The notes under the pieces are model-generated. The model ran no database searches. It saw nothing but the letters and a program-made list of their open reading frames with translations, and was not told the origin of the DNA. Position numbers and translations under genes: made by a program. From assembly GCA_030651035.1 (NCBI GenBank), contig JAUSCK010000293.1, forward strand, positions 12,973 to 76,972: a stretch of 64,000 nt of DNA. The letters run 5' to 3'. Positions 16,801-25,962 of this stretch are shown piece after piece; within the stretch, counting starts at the first letter, position 1, and each line of letters opens with the position of its first letter. The DNA is from Elusimicrobiota bacterium. GTDB lineage: Bacteria > Elusimicrobiota > Elusimicrobia > Elusimicrobiales > UBA9959.

Positions 16801-18243
16801 ATGCCTTATCAAAACCTGCGGAAATTCATAGAAACGCTGGAAGGGTCCGGCGAACTGCGCCGCATTAAGGCCGAAACCGACCCGGACCTGGAGATCGCCG
16901 AAATAGCCGACAGGGTTTCAAAGACCGCCGGCCCGGCCCTCCTGTTCGAAAATGTCAAAGGCAGCCGGTACCCGCTGCTGATAAACGCCTTCGGCAGCCG
17001 CAAGCGCATGCAGCTGGCGCTGTCCTGCGGCTCTTTTGAAGAGATCGCGGCCAGGATAGAGGCGAATATTAAAATGCGCCCGCCGGAAGGCCTGGCGGGA
17101 AAAATAAAAATGCTCTTCACGCTGAAAGAGCTGGCCGGCTTCCTGCCGAAAAAAGTAGGCAGCGCACCCTGCCAGGAACAAGTTTACACCGACGGCCCTT
17201 TGCTGGACCGGCTCCCCATCCTTAAATGCTGGCCCGGGGACGGCGGGCCTTTCATCACCCTCCCCGCGGTCATAACAAAAGATCCCGACACCGGCGTCCA
17301 GAACACAGGCATGTACCGCATGCAGAAGTACGACAACAATACCACCGGGATGCATTGGCAGTACAATAAGGACGGCACGCGCCACTTCGACAAGTACAAG
17401 GCCCGCAACCAGCGCATGGAGGTGGCCGTGGCCCTTGGCGGGCCGCCCTCCGTCACTTACGCCGCTTCGGCCCCGCTGCCCCCGGATATCGACGAGCTGC
17501 TCTTCGCCGGCTTCATAGATTCCAAACCGGTGGAGATCGTGAAGGCAAAGACCGTGGACCTGTTCGTTCCCGCCGAGGCCGACTTTATAATCGAAGGCTA
17601 CGTAGACCCGGCTGAAGAGCGGCTTGAAGGGCCCTTCGGCGACCATACCGGCTTTTACTCCGCCGCCGATAAATACCCCGTCTTCCACGTAACCGCCCTG
17701 ACCTCCAGGAACGACGCCGTCTACCCGGCCACCGTCGTAGGGAAGCCACCGATGGAAGACTGCTACATGGCCAAGGCCACGGAAAGGCTGTTCCTGCCGC
17801 TCCTGAAAATGGTGATCCCCGAAGTGGTGGACATCGAGCTCCCCATCGAAGGCGTCTTCCATAACTGCGCCCTTGTTTCGATAGACAAAAAATATCCCGG
17901 CCAGGCTAAAAAAGTGATGAACGCTTTCTGGGGACTGGGTCAGCTGGCCTCCACCAAGTTCATCGCCGTCTTCGACAAGGACATAGACCTGCGCGATCCC
18001 GGCACGGTCCTGTGGAAGCTGCTGAACAACACCGACCCGAAGCGGGACCTGCTGATGTCTGAAGGTCCCCTTGACGCGCTGGACCACAGCGCCCCGCACG
18101 CCAACTTCGGCGGCAAAATGGGCATTGACGCCACCCGCAAGACCAGGGAGGAAGGGATGGGCAGGGACTGGCCTGAAGAGATAGCAATGTCCGCCGAGGT
18201 CAAAGAGAAGGTCGCGCGCCGCTGGAAGGAGTATGGATTTTAG
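16801..18243 (+). CDS. UbiD-family (menaquinone-pathway) decarboxylase
   Basis: 480 aa. N-terminus YQNLRKFIETLEGSGELRRIKAETDPDLEIAEIADR, plus GPFGDHTGFYS and YPATVVGKPPMED, all typical of the UbiD family. Confidence 0.85.
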   Translation: MPYQNLRKFIETLEGSGELRRIKAETDPDLEIAEIADRVSKTAGPALLFENVKGSRYPLLINAFGSRKRMQLALSCGSFEEIAARIEANIKMRPPEGLAGKIKMLFTLKELAGFLPKKVGSAPCQEQVYTDGPLLDRLPILKCWPGDGGPFITLPAVITKDPDTGVQNTGMYRMQKYDNNTTGMHWQYNKDGTRHFDKYKARNQRMEVAVALGGPPSVTYAASAPLPPDIDELLFAGFIDSKPVEIVKAKTVDLFVPAEADFIIEGYVDPAEERLEGPFGDHTGFYSAADKYPVFHVTALTSRNDAVYPATVVGKPPMEDCYMAKATERLFLPLLKMVIPEVVDIELPIEGVFHNCALVSIDKKYPGQAKKVMNAFWGLGQLASTKFIAVFDKDIDLRDPGTVLWKLLNNTDPKRDLLMSEGPLDALDHSAPHANFGGKMGIDATRKTREEGMGRDWPEEIAMSAEVKEKVARRWKEYGF

Positions 18244-19075
18244 GAAACTCCCGGGGCTGCTGATGCCGGAGCAGACGCTGTTCGCGCTGCCTTTCGCCTG
18301 GCTCGGCGTTCTCTTCGCGCGCGGCCACGGCTTCCGCACCTGGCTGCTGGTCACCCTGGCGCTGGCCGCCGCGCGCACGGCAGGCATGGCCTTCAACCGG
18401 GCGATAGACGCCCGCATAGACGCCGCCAACCCGCGCACGAAAGACCGCGCCATCCCCAGGGGCGAAGTGACGAGGCTGGAAGCTTTCGGGCTCGCCGTTA
18501 TCTCCTGCCTGGCGCTTATAGCCGCCTCTTTCTTTCTGAACCCACTGTGCTTCCGCCTCTCTTTTGTCGCCGTGGCGCTCCTTGCGGGCTACTCTTATTT
18601 CAAGCGGTTCTCCGCGTCCTCCCACTTCTGCCTGGGCTTCACCGAGGCCGCCGCCCCGATAGGCGGCTACCTGGCCGTTACGGGGCGGGTGGACTTGCTT
18701 TCCCTGGTGCTGGGAGCCGCCATAATGCTGTGGATAGCGGGCCTTGATATCGTTTACGCCTTGCAGGATAAGGATTTCGACAGGCAGGCCGGGCTGCACT
18801 CAATACCGGCAACCTACGGAGAGAAGCTTGCCCTGACAACCTCGGCGCTCTGCTACGGGGCCTCCTTCAGCGCGCTGCTATCGGCCGGGCTGATGACCGG
18901 CATGGCCTTCCCGTACTGGGCCGCGCTTGTCTGCGTCGCCGGACTTTTTATATACCAGCAGAAAGCCGCCCGCGCCGCCGACATCCTTGCGGCCATGCCG
19001 AAGATCTTCAGGGTCAACATGTACGTCTCCCCCGCCCTGCTCGCGGGCGCCCTTGTCGACAGTTTTTTAAGGTAA
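18233..19075 (+). CDS. UbiA-family aromatic prenyltransferase
   Basis: Polytopic membrane protein with NRAIDARIDAANPRTKDRAIP (NxxxDxxxD) and a second D-rich motif DIVYALQDKDFD. Overlaps the UbiD stop. Confidence 0.85.
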   Translation: MDFRKLPGLLMPEQTLFALPFAWLGVLFARGHGFRTWLLVTLALAAARTAGMAFNRAIDARIDAANPRTKDRAIPRGEVTRLEAFGLAVISCLALIAASFFLNPLCFRLSFVAVALLAGYSYFKRFSASSHFCLGFTEAAAPIGGYLAVTGRVDLLSLVLGAAIMLWIAGLDIVYALQDKDFDRQAGLHSIPATYGEKLALTTSALCYGASFSALLSAGLMTGMAFPYWAALVCVAGLFIYQQKAARAADILAAMPKIFRVNMYVSPALLAGALVDSFLR

Positions 19076-19085
19076 CGGAGAAACT

Positions 19086-19724
19086 ATGATCGCAGTCGCT
19101 ATAACCGGCGCAAGCGGACCGATACTCGGCATCCGGCTGATCGAAGAGCTGCTCAATTCCGGCAAAACCGTTTACGCCGTTGTTTCCGAAGCCGCCTGGA
19201 GCGTGATCGGGCACGAGCTTTCGTATAAGAAGTCCGGCCCCGCCCCGCTGGCCGCGCTCCTCTCAAAGAGAGGGCGGGCCTCCGCGCCGGCTCTGCTGAA
19301 AGAATTCGACCCCCATGATCTGTTTTCGCCCCTGGCCAGCGGCTCCGCGCCCTGCGACGCGCTGGTGGTGGTCCCGTGCTCGATGAAGACGCTCTCCGCG
19401 GCGGCCGGCGGCTACGCGGATTCGCTCATCACCCGGGCCTGCGACGTGGCCCTGAAGGAAAAGAGGAAGCTGATATTTGTCCCGCGCGAGACGCCCCTGA
19501 GCGCGATACACCTTGAGAATATGCTGAAACTCTCGCGCGCCGGCGCCGTAATACTGCCGCCGGTGCTGGGTTTCTACTCCCGCCCGGAGTCCGTCTCGGA
19601 CATGGTGGATTTCGTCACGGGCAAGATCCTGAACATGCTGGGAATAAAGCACCGCCTTTTCAAAGGCTGGGAGGAGCAGACTTCCGGCGCCGCCGCTAAA
19701 ACCGGGAAACGCAGGGCCGCCTGA
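19086..19724 (+). CDS. ubiX: UbiX-type flavin prenyltransferase
   Basis: MIAVAITGASG..., VVPCSMKTLSAAAGGYADSLITRACDVALKEKRKLIFVPRETPL is the typical UbiX/Pad1 core. Confidence 0.85.
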   Translation: MIAVAITGASGPILGIRLIEELLNSGKTVYAVVSEAAWSVIGHELSYKKSGPAPLAALLSKRGRASAPALLKEFDPHDLFSPLASGSAPCDALVVVPCSMKTLSAAAGGYADSLITRACDVALKEKRKLIFVPRETPLSAIHLENMLKLSRAGAVILPPVLGFYSRPESVSDMVDFVTGKILNMLGIKHRLFKGWEEQTSGAAAKTGKRRAA

Positions 19725-19746
19725 CCGCCGGCCCTTTCCGCAACAG

Positions 19747-20847
19747 ATGAAAAAACTGCCGGACACCATAAGCGACAGCGCGCTGCGCCCGATCGCGAAG
19801 AAAGTTTACGAGGGCATCCCCGTCAGCGCGGCCGACGCCCGCCGCCTGCTCGCCACGAACAGCATCCTCGACCTGGGCAGGATCAGCTCCCACGTCCGCC
19901 GGAAACTGCACGGCGGCGCCGCCTATTACGGCGTCAGCATGAACCTGAACTTCACCAATATCTGCGCCCTGCGCTGCCCGCTCTGCGCCTTTTCCCGCGA
20001 CGCGGGACAGGAAGGCGCGTACCTGCTTGCGCCCGGCGAGATCGAGCGGCGCGTGAAGACCGCCGCCGCCGCGGGCGTGGACGAGGTGCACATAGTCGGC
20101 GGGCTCAACCCGGAGCTGAAGCTGTGCTACTTCGAAGATATGCTGCGGCGGATAAAGAAGATAAAGCCGGGCATCTTCATAACGGCTTTCACCGCGGTGG
20201 AAATAGAGTATTTCTCCCGCAGCGAGGGAACCTCCGTAGAAGAGACCCTTAAGAGGCTGATGGCCGCCGGCCTCGGCGCGATGCCGGGCGGCGGCGCGGA
20301 AATATTCTCGCCGCGCGTGAGGAAAGTCATCGCCCCGCTGAAGATCTCCGGCAACCGCTGGCTTGAAATAATGAGGACCGCCCATTCGGCCGGCCTGAAG
20401 ACTAACGCCACGATGCTCTACAACCACCTGGAAACGGACGCCGACATCGTCGACCATCTCAGCAGGATCAGGGACCTGCAGGAGGAAACGCGCGGCTTCA
20501 AGGCTTTCGTGCCGCTGCCTTTCCACGGCGAGAATACCGGGATAGCCGCCCGGCGCGCGAGCACCACCGGCTATGACGATATCCGCATTTACGCCGCAAG
20601 CAGGATATTCCTGCATAATGTGCCCCATATAAAGGCCCTTTGGATGTACCTGGGCGAGAAAATGGCGCAGGTGCTGCTCCGCTTCGGCGTGGACGATTTT
20701 TCCGGCACCTACTCGGGGGAAAAAGTGGTGCACGCGGCCGGCGCCTCCACCGCCGACCACGGGAGCGAGGCCTTCCTGAGAAGGTTAATACTGAACGCCG
20801 GGCTGAAGCCGGTGCGAACCACGGCGGATTACGGAGCGTTCAAATGA
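19747..20847 (+). CDS. mqnE: radical-SAM aminofutalosine synthase (MqnE-type)
   Basis: CxxxCxxC cluster NFTNICALRCPLCAF and HIVGGLNP, a CofH/MqnE-like layout. The MqnE versus MqnC assignment is by motif memory only. Confidence 0.65.
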   Translation: MKKLPDTISDSALRPIAKKVYEGIPVSAADARRLLATNSILDLGRISSHVRRKLHGGAAYYGVSMNLNFTNICALRCPLCAFSRDAGQEGAYLLAPGEIERRVKTAAAAGVDEVHIVGGLNPELKLCYFEDMLRRIKKIKPGIFITAFTAVEIEYFSRSEGTSVEETLKRLMAAGLGAMPGGGAEIFSPRVRKVIAPLKISGNRWLEIMRTAHSAGLKTNATMLYNHLETDADIVDHLSRIRDLQEETRGFKAFVPLPFHGENTGIAARRASTTGYDDIRIYAASRIFLHNVPHIKALWMYLGEKMAQVLLRFGVDDFSGTYSGEKVVHAAGASTADHGSEAFLRRLILNAGLKPVRTTADYGAFK

Positions 20848-21653
20848 GGCTGGGCCGCATAGACTACCTGAACTGCTACCCCTTTTATTACCACATGCTG
20901 GAAAAGGCGCCGCTTAAAGGCGTAACCATCTGCCCGGCGCTGCCCTCGGAACTCAACCGGATGATGGCGGAGAAAAGCCTGGACATGAGCCCCGTCTCCG
21001 CCGCGGCCTACGCCGACCTGGGCCAGGACACCCTGCTGCTGCCGGATTTCTGCATAAGCTCCACGGGGCTGGTAAGATCGGTGATCCTGGCCAGCAGGTT
21101 CCCGATAGAGGGCCTGAACGGAAGAACCCTGGGCCTGACTTCGGCTTCCCGGACTTCGGTAATTCTGCTTAAGATACTCCTGAAGAAGTTTTACGGCTGC
21201 GAGCCTGTCTATATGGCGGCCGGGACCCGGCCCGGCCTTAAGGATTTTGACGCGGCCCTTCTGATAGGCGACGACGCGATGACCGGGGAAGTGGATGCGG
21301 CGCCGTACAGGTACGACCTGGGCGAACTGTGGCTGAAAAAAACTGGCCTCCCGGCGGTTTTCGCCGTTTTTGCCGTCGCCAAAGCGGCGGCAGCGGACGA
21401 CCCGGCCGGGGTCAGAGCCGTAGTAAACTCCTACAGGGCCTCCCTGCGCTGCCTCGCCGATGAAAGGCCGGAGCTGGCGGCCAAAGCCGCCCTTGAATAC
21501 CCGGGCGTGACCTGCGACATCAACGCCTACCTGGATACCCTGCGCTATGAATTCACGGACTGCCGCAGGGACGCTTTGAAATATTATTTCTCAGCCGCCT
21601 CGGAACTTGGCCTGCTGAAGGAAGTCAAAGCGCTGGAATTCATGAACTTATGA
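20844..21653 (+). CDS. mqnA: chorismate dehydratase (MqnA-type)
   Basis: Internal ATG overlaps the upstream TGA (ATGA). MRLGRIDYLNCYPFYY is the typical MqnA N-terminus. Confidence 0.7.
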   Translation: MRLGRIDYLNCYPFYYHMLEKAPLKGVTICPALPSELNRMMAEKSLDMSPVSAAAYADLGQDTLLLPDFCISSTGLVRSVILASRFPIEGLNGRTLGLTSASRTSVILLKILLKKFYGCEPVYMAAGTRPGLKDFDAALLIGDDAMTGEVDAAPYRYDLGELWLKKTGLPAVFAVFAVAKAAAADDPAGVRAVVNSYRASLRCLADERPELAAKAALEYPGVTCDINAYLDTLRYEFTDCRRDALKYYFSAASELGLLKEVKALEFMNL

Positions 21654-22732
21654 CCGCCAAAGAAAGACTCAGGAAAAAGATCTTCGCCGGCAAGCGCATT
21701 TCCCCCGGCGAGGCGGAGAGCCTTTTCACCTGGGACATCCTGGAACTGGGAGAAGCGGCCGACCTGAGGCGCAGGCTGCTGCACCCGGCGAACACGGTCG
21801 GCTTCATCCTCGACCGCATAATCAATTTCACCAATATCTGCGAGGCGGCCTGCGATTTCTGCGCTTTCCACGCCAGGGCCGCGCTTAAGCCATATGTGCT
21901 TTCCCGGCCGGAAATAATAGCCAAGATCGAGGAGCTTGCCTCGAAGGGGGGAACCCAGGTGATGCTGCAGGGAGGGCTGCACCCCGGGTACAGGCTCGCC
22001 GACTATACCGGCATGGTAAGAGAAATAAAGAGCCGCTTTCCCGGCATCCGCCTCCATTCATTCTCGCCCAGCGAGCTGGCGCACATTGCGGCCAAAAGCT
22101 CGCTTACGCTGGACAGGGTCGTTACCGAGCTGCAGGACGCCGGGCTGGATTCCGTCCCCGGCGCGGCCGACCTGCTCGTGGACCGGATACGCTCGAAGGT
22201 CAGCCCGAGAAAGATAGGGACGGCTATGTGGGTGGAAGTGATGCGTTCCCTGCACCGCCACGGCATGCGCTCCTCCGCGACCATGACCTACGGGCTGGGT
22301 GAAACCGCCGGCGAAAGAATAGAACACCTTGCCGTTGTGCGCGGAGTGCAGGATGAAACCGGGATATTCAGGGCTTTCATTCCCTGGTCTTTCTCTCCGA
22401 AGCACACCAGGCTGGAGAGCACCGTCCCCGCGACGGGCCTGGACTACCTGAAGATAGTCGCCGTCTCCCGTATTTTCCTGGACAACATCCGCTACATTCA
22501 GGCGGGCTGGCTGACCGAGGGCCTCAAACTGGCCCAGCTGGCGCTTGCGATGGGCGCCAACGACATGGGGGGGGTCCTGATGGAGGAAAAAGTGGTGCGG
22601 GCGACGGGCGCCGGGGCCAAAGCGGGGATGGCGGAGTTCATCGACCTGATAAAGAACGCCGGGAAAACTCCTGTGCTGCGGGATTCCGACTATAAGATCC
22701 TGGACCGGCGTCCCGCCAGGAGGCTTAAGTGA
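21650..22732 (+). CDS. mqnC: radical-SAM cyclic dehypoxanthinyl futalosine synthase (MqnC-type)
   Basis: NFTNICEAACDFCAF cluster, GGTQVMLQGGLHP, and ATGA overlap with mqnA. Confidence 0.65.
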   Translation: MTAKERLRKKIFAGKRISPGEAESLFTWDILELGEAADLRRRLLHPANTVGFILDRIINFTNICEAACDFCAFHARAALKPYVLSRPEIIAKIEELASKGGTQVMLQGGLHPGYRLADYTGMVREIKSRFPGIRLHSFSPSELAHIAAKSSLTLDRVVTELQDAGLDSVPGAADLLVDRIRSKVSPRKIGTAMWVEVMRSLHRHGMRSSATMTYGLGETAGERIEHLAVVRGVQDETGIFRAFIPWSFSPKHTRLESTVPATGLDYLKIVAVSRIFLDNIRYIQAGWLTEGLKLAQLALAMGANDMGGVLMEEKVVRATGAGAKAGMAEFIDLIKNAGKTPVLRDSDYKILDRRPARRLK

Positions 22733-23523
22733 CCGCCCTGTCCCTCGCTTTCTCCCCCTGCCCCAACGACACTTTTATTTTTCACGCCCTGCTGCATAAG
22801 CTCGTCGGCAAGGGAGATTTTTCTTTTTCGGCCCATATCGATGATATCGAAGCCCTGAACACGGCCGCTTTCGCGCGGCGCTTCCAGGTCACCAAGCTTT
22901 CCGCGGGGGCCTACCTGCGCCTGAGGGAGTATTATGAGCTGCTCGATTCGGGCGCGGCCATGGGCTTCGGCTGCGGCCCGCTGGTGGTCGCGGCAAAAGG
23001 CCGCTCTTTGTCGCCCGGGTCGCGGATAGCGGTGCCGGGAGCCAACACTACGGCCCTGCTGCTGCTGAAAAGCTGGTACCCGGAGCTGCAGAACCTCGCC
23101 GAGGAACGCTTTGACCGGATATTGCCCGGCATAAAGTCCGGCAAGTACGACGCCGGGCTCGTGATCCATGAAGGCAGGTTCATCTACCGGGACTACGGCT
23201 GCGTTAAGGTCGCGGACCTGGGCGACTGGTGGGAGAAGGAGACCGGCTGCCCGATACCTCTCGGCTGCCTCGCTATCAGGAAGGACCCGGATACCCTCGT
23301 CCACAAAGAAAAGATAGAGCGCCTGATCGCGGATTCTGTCCTGTACGCGCGCGCCCACGCGGCCGAGTCCAGGAACTATATCCGCAGCCACGCCCCGGGG
23401 GCAAGCGATGAAATAATTGACGCGCACATAAAGCTTTATGTGAACGATTATTCGGTTTCCATGGGCGAGACCGGGAAAAAAGCTTTCAAAGTGCTGGAGG
23501 ACAGATGCAAAGAAAACCTGTGA
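22729..23523 (+). CDS. mqnD: 1,4-dihydroxy-6-naphthoate synthase (MqnD-type)
   Basis: LSLAFSPCPNDTFIFHALLHKLV is the characteristic MqnD N-terminus. Confidence 0.75.
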   Translation: MTALSLAFSPCPNDTFIFHALLHKLVGKGDFSFSAHIDDIEALNTAAFARRFQVTKLSAGAYLRLREYYELLDSGAAMGFGCGPLVVAAKGRSLSPGSRIAVPGANTTALLLLKSWYPELQNLAEERFDRILPGIKSGKYDAGLVIHEGRFIYRDYGCVKVADLGDWWEKETGCPIPLGCLAIRKDPDTLVHKEKIERLIADSVLYARAHAAESRNYIRSHAPGASDEIIDAHIKLYVNDYSVSMGETGKKAFKVLEDRCKENL

Positions 23524-24122
23524 TCTGCCTGGTAATGGCCACGCTGCTGGAGGCGAAGCCGTTCCTCAAAGGGCTTTCCCTGAAAAGAACTTCCTCGAAG
23601 CCTTTCCCGGTATACGGGGCGGGAAATCTCGTCATGATCATTTCCGGCATAGGAAAAGCCAATGCGGCCATGGCAACGGCCTTCGCCTGCCTGGAATTCG
23701 GCCCCAGGCTCCTTGTTAACCTGGGGGCCGCCGGCGCCACGGACACAGCTCTCCCGCCCGGGGCGAACCTCCACGTAAGCCTTGCGGTGGAATATGACAG
23801 GCCCGGGCTCAGGTCCGGGGCGCCCCATGAGCATACTCCCGATATTTTCAGGGGCTTTCCCCTGGCCGCCATAGCGACCCTGGACCGGCCCACCCTGGAA
23901 GCGGCCGGGAGGCGCAGGCTGGCAAAGAGAACACAGCTTGTGGATATGGAAAGCGCGGCCTTCATACAGGCCTGCAGGCGGTTCGGCAGGAAGGGCTACC
24001 TTTTCAAATTCGTGACCGATACGCCCGCGCATACCCGCGGGAGCGAGATAGTGGCCAATATAAAAAAATACCGGGACCGCTTTTTCGATTTTTTCATCCA
24101 TTCCGTCATGCCCCGCCTTTAA
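23505..24122 (+). CDS. mqnB: futalosine hydrolase / nucleosidase (MqnB-type)
   Basis: PNP/MTAN-fold motifs (ISGIGKANAA, VDMESAAF). Last gene of the mqn cluster. Confidence 0.7.
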   Translation: MQRKPVICLVMATLLEAKPFLKGLSLKRTSSKPFPVYGAGNLVMIISGIGKANAAMATAFACLEFGPRLLVNLGAAGATDTALPPGANLHVSLAVEYDRPGLRSGAPHEHTPDIFRGFPLAAIATLDRPTLEAAGRRRLAKRTQLVDMESAAFIQACRRFGRKGYLFKFVTDTPAHTRGSEIVANIKKYRDRFFDFFIHSVMPRL

Positions 24123-24475
24123 CCTGCGCGCCCGGCAACCCTCTGTCCCGGATAGTCCTCAAGGCTATGCCAGTGCCGTATCAAGGGCTATGCCCAGCAG
24201 ACGGCCAACAACCTGCAGGAATTCGAGCACTGGCTGAAATACCCGACCGATTCGCGGTTCCCCCGCCCCAGCCCGGTGAAATTAACCGCTTCCTTTGTCA
24301 AACCACTACCGGGACACCGGCCCAGCTTCATTTTCAAATACCCATCCCATTGTTTATATATTTGATAGAATTCCACCATGAACCGCAATTCCTTGGCGGC
24401 CTGGATTATAGCGCCAGGGTCAACTCCACGAGGGTTTTTTACCGCGGGGGCTGCGGGAAAAGGAAGAGGTAACAG

Positions 24476-24640
24476 ATGCTCAGGTGTTCATTGATCCTGG
24501 TAATCGGCTTGGGAGCAGTTTTCTGCCTACTCAAGCGGGATCCGGATGCGGGATTTTTTCTCTTTGGTTCATCGCTGCCGCTTGTATTTGCCGGGCTCGT
24601 TCTTCAGGCCTTTAGGAAAAGGAGGTGCCCGGAGCTATGA
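24476..24640 (+). CDS. small membrane protein (54 aa)
   Basis: ATG preceded by AGGAAGAGG. Two hydrophobic segments. The stop overlaps the next ATG (ATGA). Below the ORF-track size cutoff. Confidence 0.4.
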   Translation: MLRCSLILVIGLGAVFCLLKRDPDAGFFLFGSSLPLVFAGLVLQAFRKRRCPEL

Positions 24641-25911
24641 GGGGTAATGACCCGCTTCTGCTGAAGAAGAATCTTGCCGCGGTCAAAGCCGGGGAGTGGG
24701 GCTTTGCCGAAGCCGCGGCGATCATTGCTTTCTACAACGACGCGAAGGACTTCGCGGGCCTGCGCGGCTTCAGCCGGTCTTTGCTTGCGCGAGAGGATCT
24801 CCAGAAGCTTGACGGGCATGAAGACTTCGTCGCGTACATGGGGATAGTTGCGGATAGTTATTTAAGCGACACGGCTGCGCTTCTCTCCGATGGCGAGAGC
24901 TTTTTGAAAAAGTACCCGGCGAGCGACATGTTCGAGGCGGTAAAATTGCTGATGGAAGGCGCGATCACGCCGGCGCGCCTGCCGGGGGTCGCCGTTTCCC
25001 CGCCCGTGGCCGCTGGCCCCGGGCCTTGCGGACAGCCGCATGTGACCGAGAGGCTTCTAAGCCGGGCGGAGGCCTTCGCGCGCCGCGCCCATGGCGCACA
25101 GCGCTACGGCGCCTACCCCTACGCCAAGCATCTGGAGGACACCGTCAGGATCCTGGGCAGGTTCCTCAACCAGGACACGGCGTTGTTCTGCGCGGCCTGG
25201 CTGCACGATTGTATCGAGGATACGCAGACCGGCGCGGATGCGCTCCGCGCCGAGTTCGGCGAGAGGATCGCCGGGCTTGTCCTCGCTGTGACGCGGCGCG
25301 CGACAGCCCTGGGGAAAGAAGAGCTTGGCGAGTATTATGCCAGGATCAAGGCGACCCCCGGCGCCGTCACGCTGAAGCTCGCCGACCGCATCGCCAATGT
25401 CGAGGCCTGCCTCAACGGGACGAACGCCGGCCAGCTTCTGAAATACCGGCAGCTGCACCCGCGGTTTTGCACGGCACTCCAGGGCTCCGGGAACGAGGCG
25501 CTCTGGGAGCACCTCCTGCTGGTTATCCGGCGCGATTCGCCGCTCTTCCTGAGGCAGGAGAGCTTTGCCTGTGTCGTCTGCGGGACTACGGCGGCTACCG
25601 TGACCCTGGTGCCGGCCGGCTCCCCCATGCTTGGCTCCATAGTGTCGCCGGGATTCCTGATCGAAGGCTTCATGGGCAGCGCGCTCAGCGGAGGCTTGAA
25701 GTCTGTTGATGCGGCCTTGGCCGCCCTCAAGGGGCGCGATCTCGAGGCCCTTCGAAAGATCTGCTGGGAGGCCGGCTGCTTCGAGTGTCATGTGTGCCGG
25801 CGCGTCTACTGCCTGCGCCACTGGAACACCAGGGTCGAGTTCGATGATGGCTTTTACGACTGCACCCGCGGCACTTGCCCCGACGGCCACACCCAGCTTC
25901 TGGATGATTGA
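24637..25911 (+). CDS. RelA/SpoT-type HD-domain protein with Cys-rich C-terminal domain
   Basis: AHGAQRYGAYPYAKHLEDTV...AAWLHDCIEDT is an HD hydrolase signature. The C-terminus carries CVVCG, CFECHVCRRVYCLRHW and CTRGTCPDGH. Confidence 0.65.
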   Translation: MRGNDPLLLKKNLAAVKAGEWGFAEAAAIIAFYNDAKDFAGLRGFSRSLLAREDLQKLDGHEDFVAYMGIVADSYLSDTAALLSDGESFLKKYPASDMFEAVKLLMEGAITPARLPGVAVSPPVAAGPGPCGQPHVTERLLSRAEAFARRAHGAQRYGAYPYAKHLEDTVRILGRFLNQDTALFCAAWLHDCIEDTQTGADALRAEFGERIAGLVLAVTRRATALGKEELGEYYARIKATPGAVTLKLADRIANVEACLNGTNAGQLLKYRQLHPRFCTALQGSGNEALWEHLLLVIRRDSPLFLRQESFACVVCGTTAATVTLVPAGSPMLGSIVSPGFLIEGFMGSALSGGLKSVDAALAALKGRDLEALRKICWEAGCFECHVCRRVYCLRHWNTRVEFDDGFYDCTRGTCPDGHTQLLDD

Positions 25912-25962
25912 AAGGAACTTCAACCGTATATAGCGGAGAATCCCGCGAAAAGCTAAAAAAAT

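Noticed and set aside
16918-18453. Very long antisense ORFs opposite well-supported genes. Examples: 511 aa opposite the UbiD-like gene, 601 aa opposite gyrA (40126-41931), 586 aa opposite gyrB (42866-44626), 387 aa opposite dnaA, 404 aa opposite tldD, 357 aa opposite pilT, and 386 aa opposite nadD-yqeK.
   Set aside because: These are typical shadow ORFs of GC-rich DNA. Their translations are Arg/Gly/Ala/His-rich and low-complexity with no motifs, whereas the opposite strand carries unambiguous conserved proteins.
24123-24475. Lower-GC spacer after mqnB with protein-like fragments in two frames or strands (e.g. KGYAQQTANNLQEFEHWLKYPTDSRFP on +, ELRFMVEFYQIYKQWDGYLK on -).
   Set aside because: There is no start codon in context, no recognisable family, and the competing frames overlap. 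Possibly gene remnants, but I cannot support a call.
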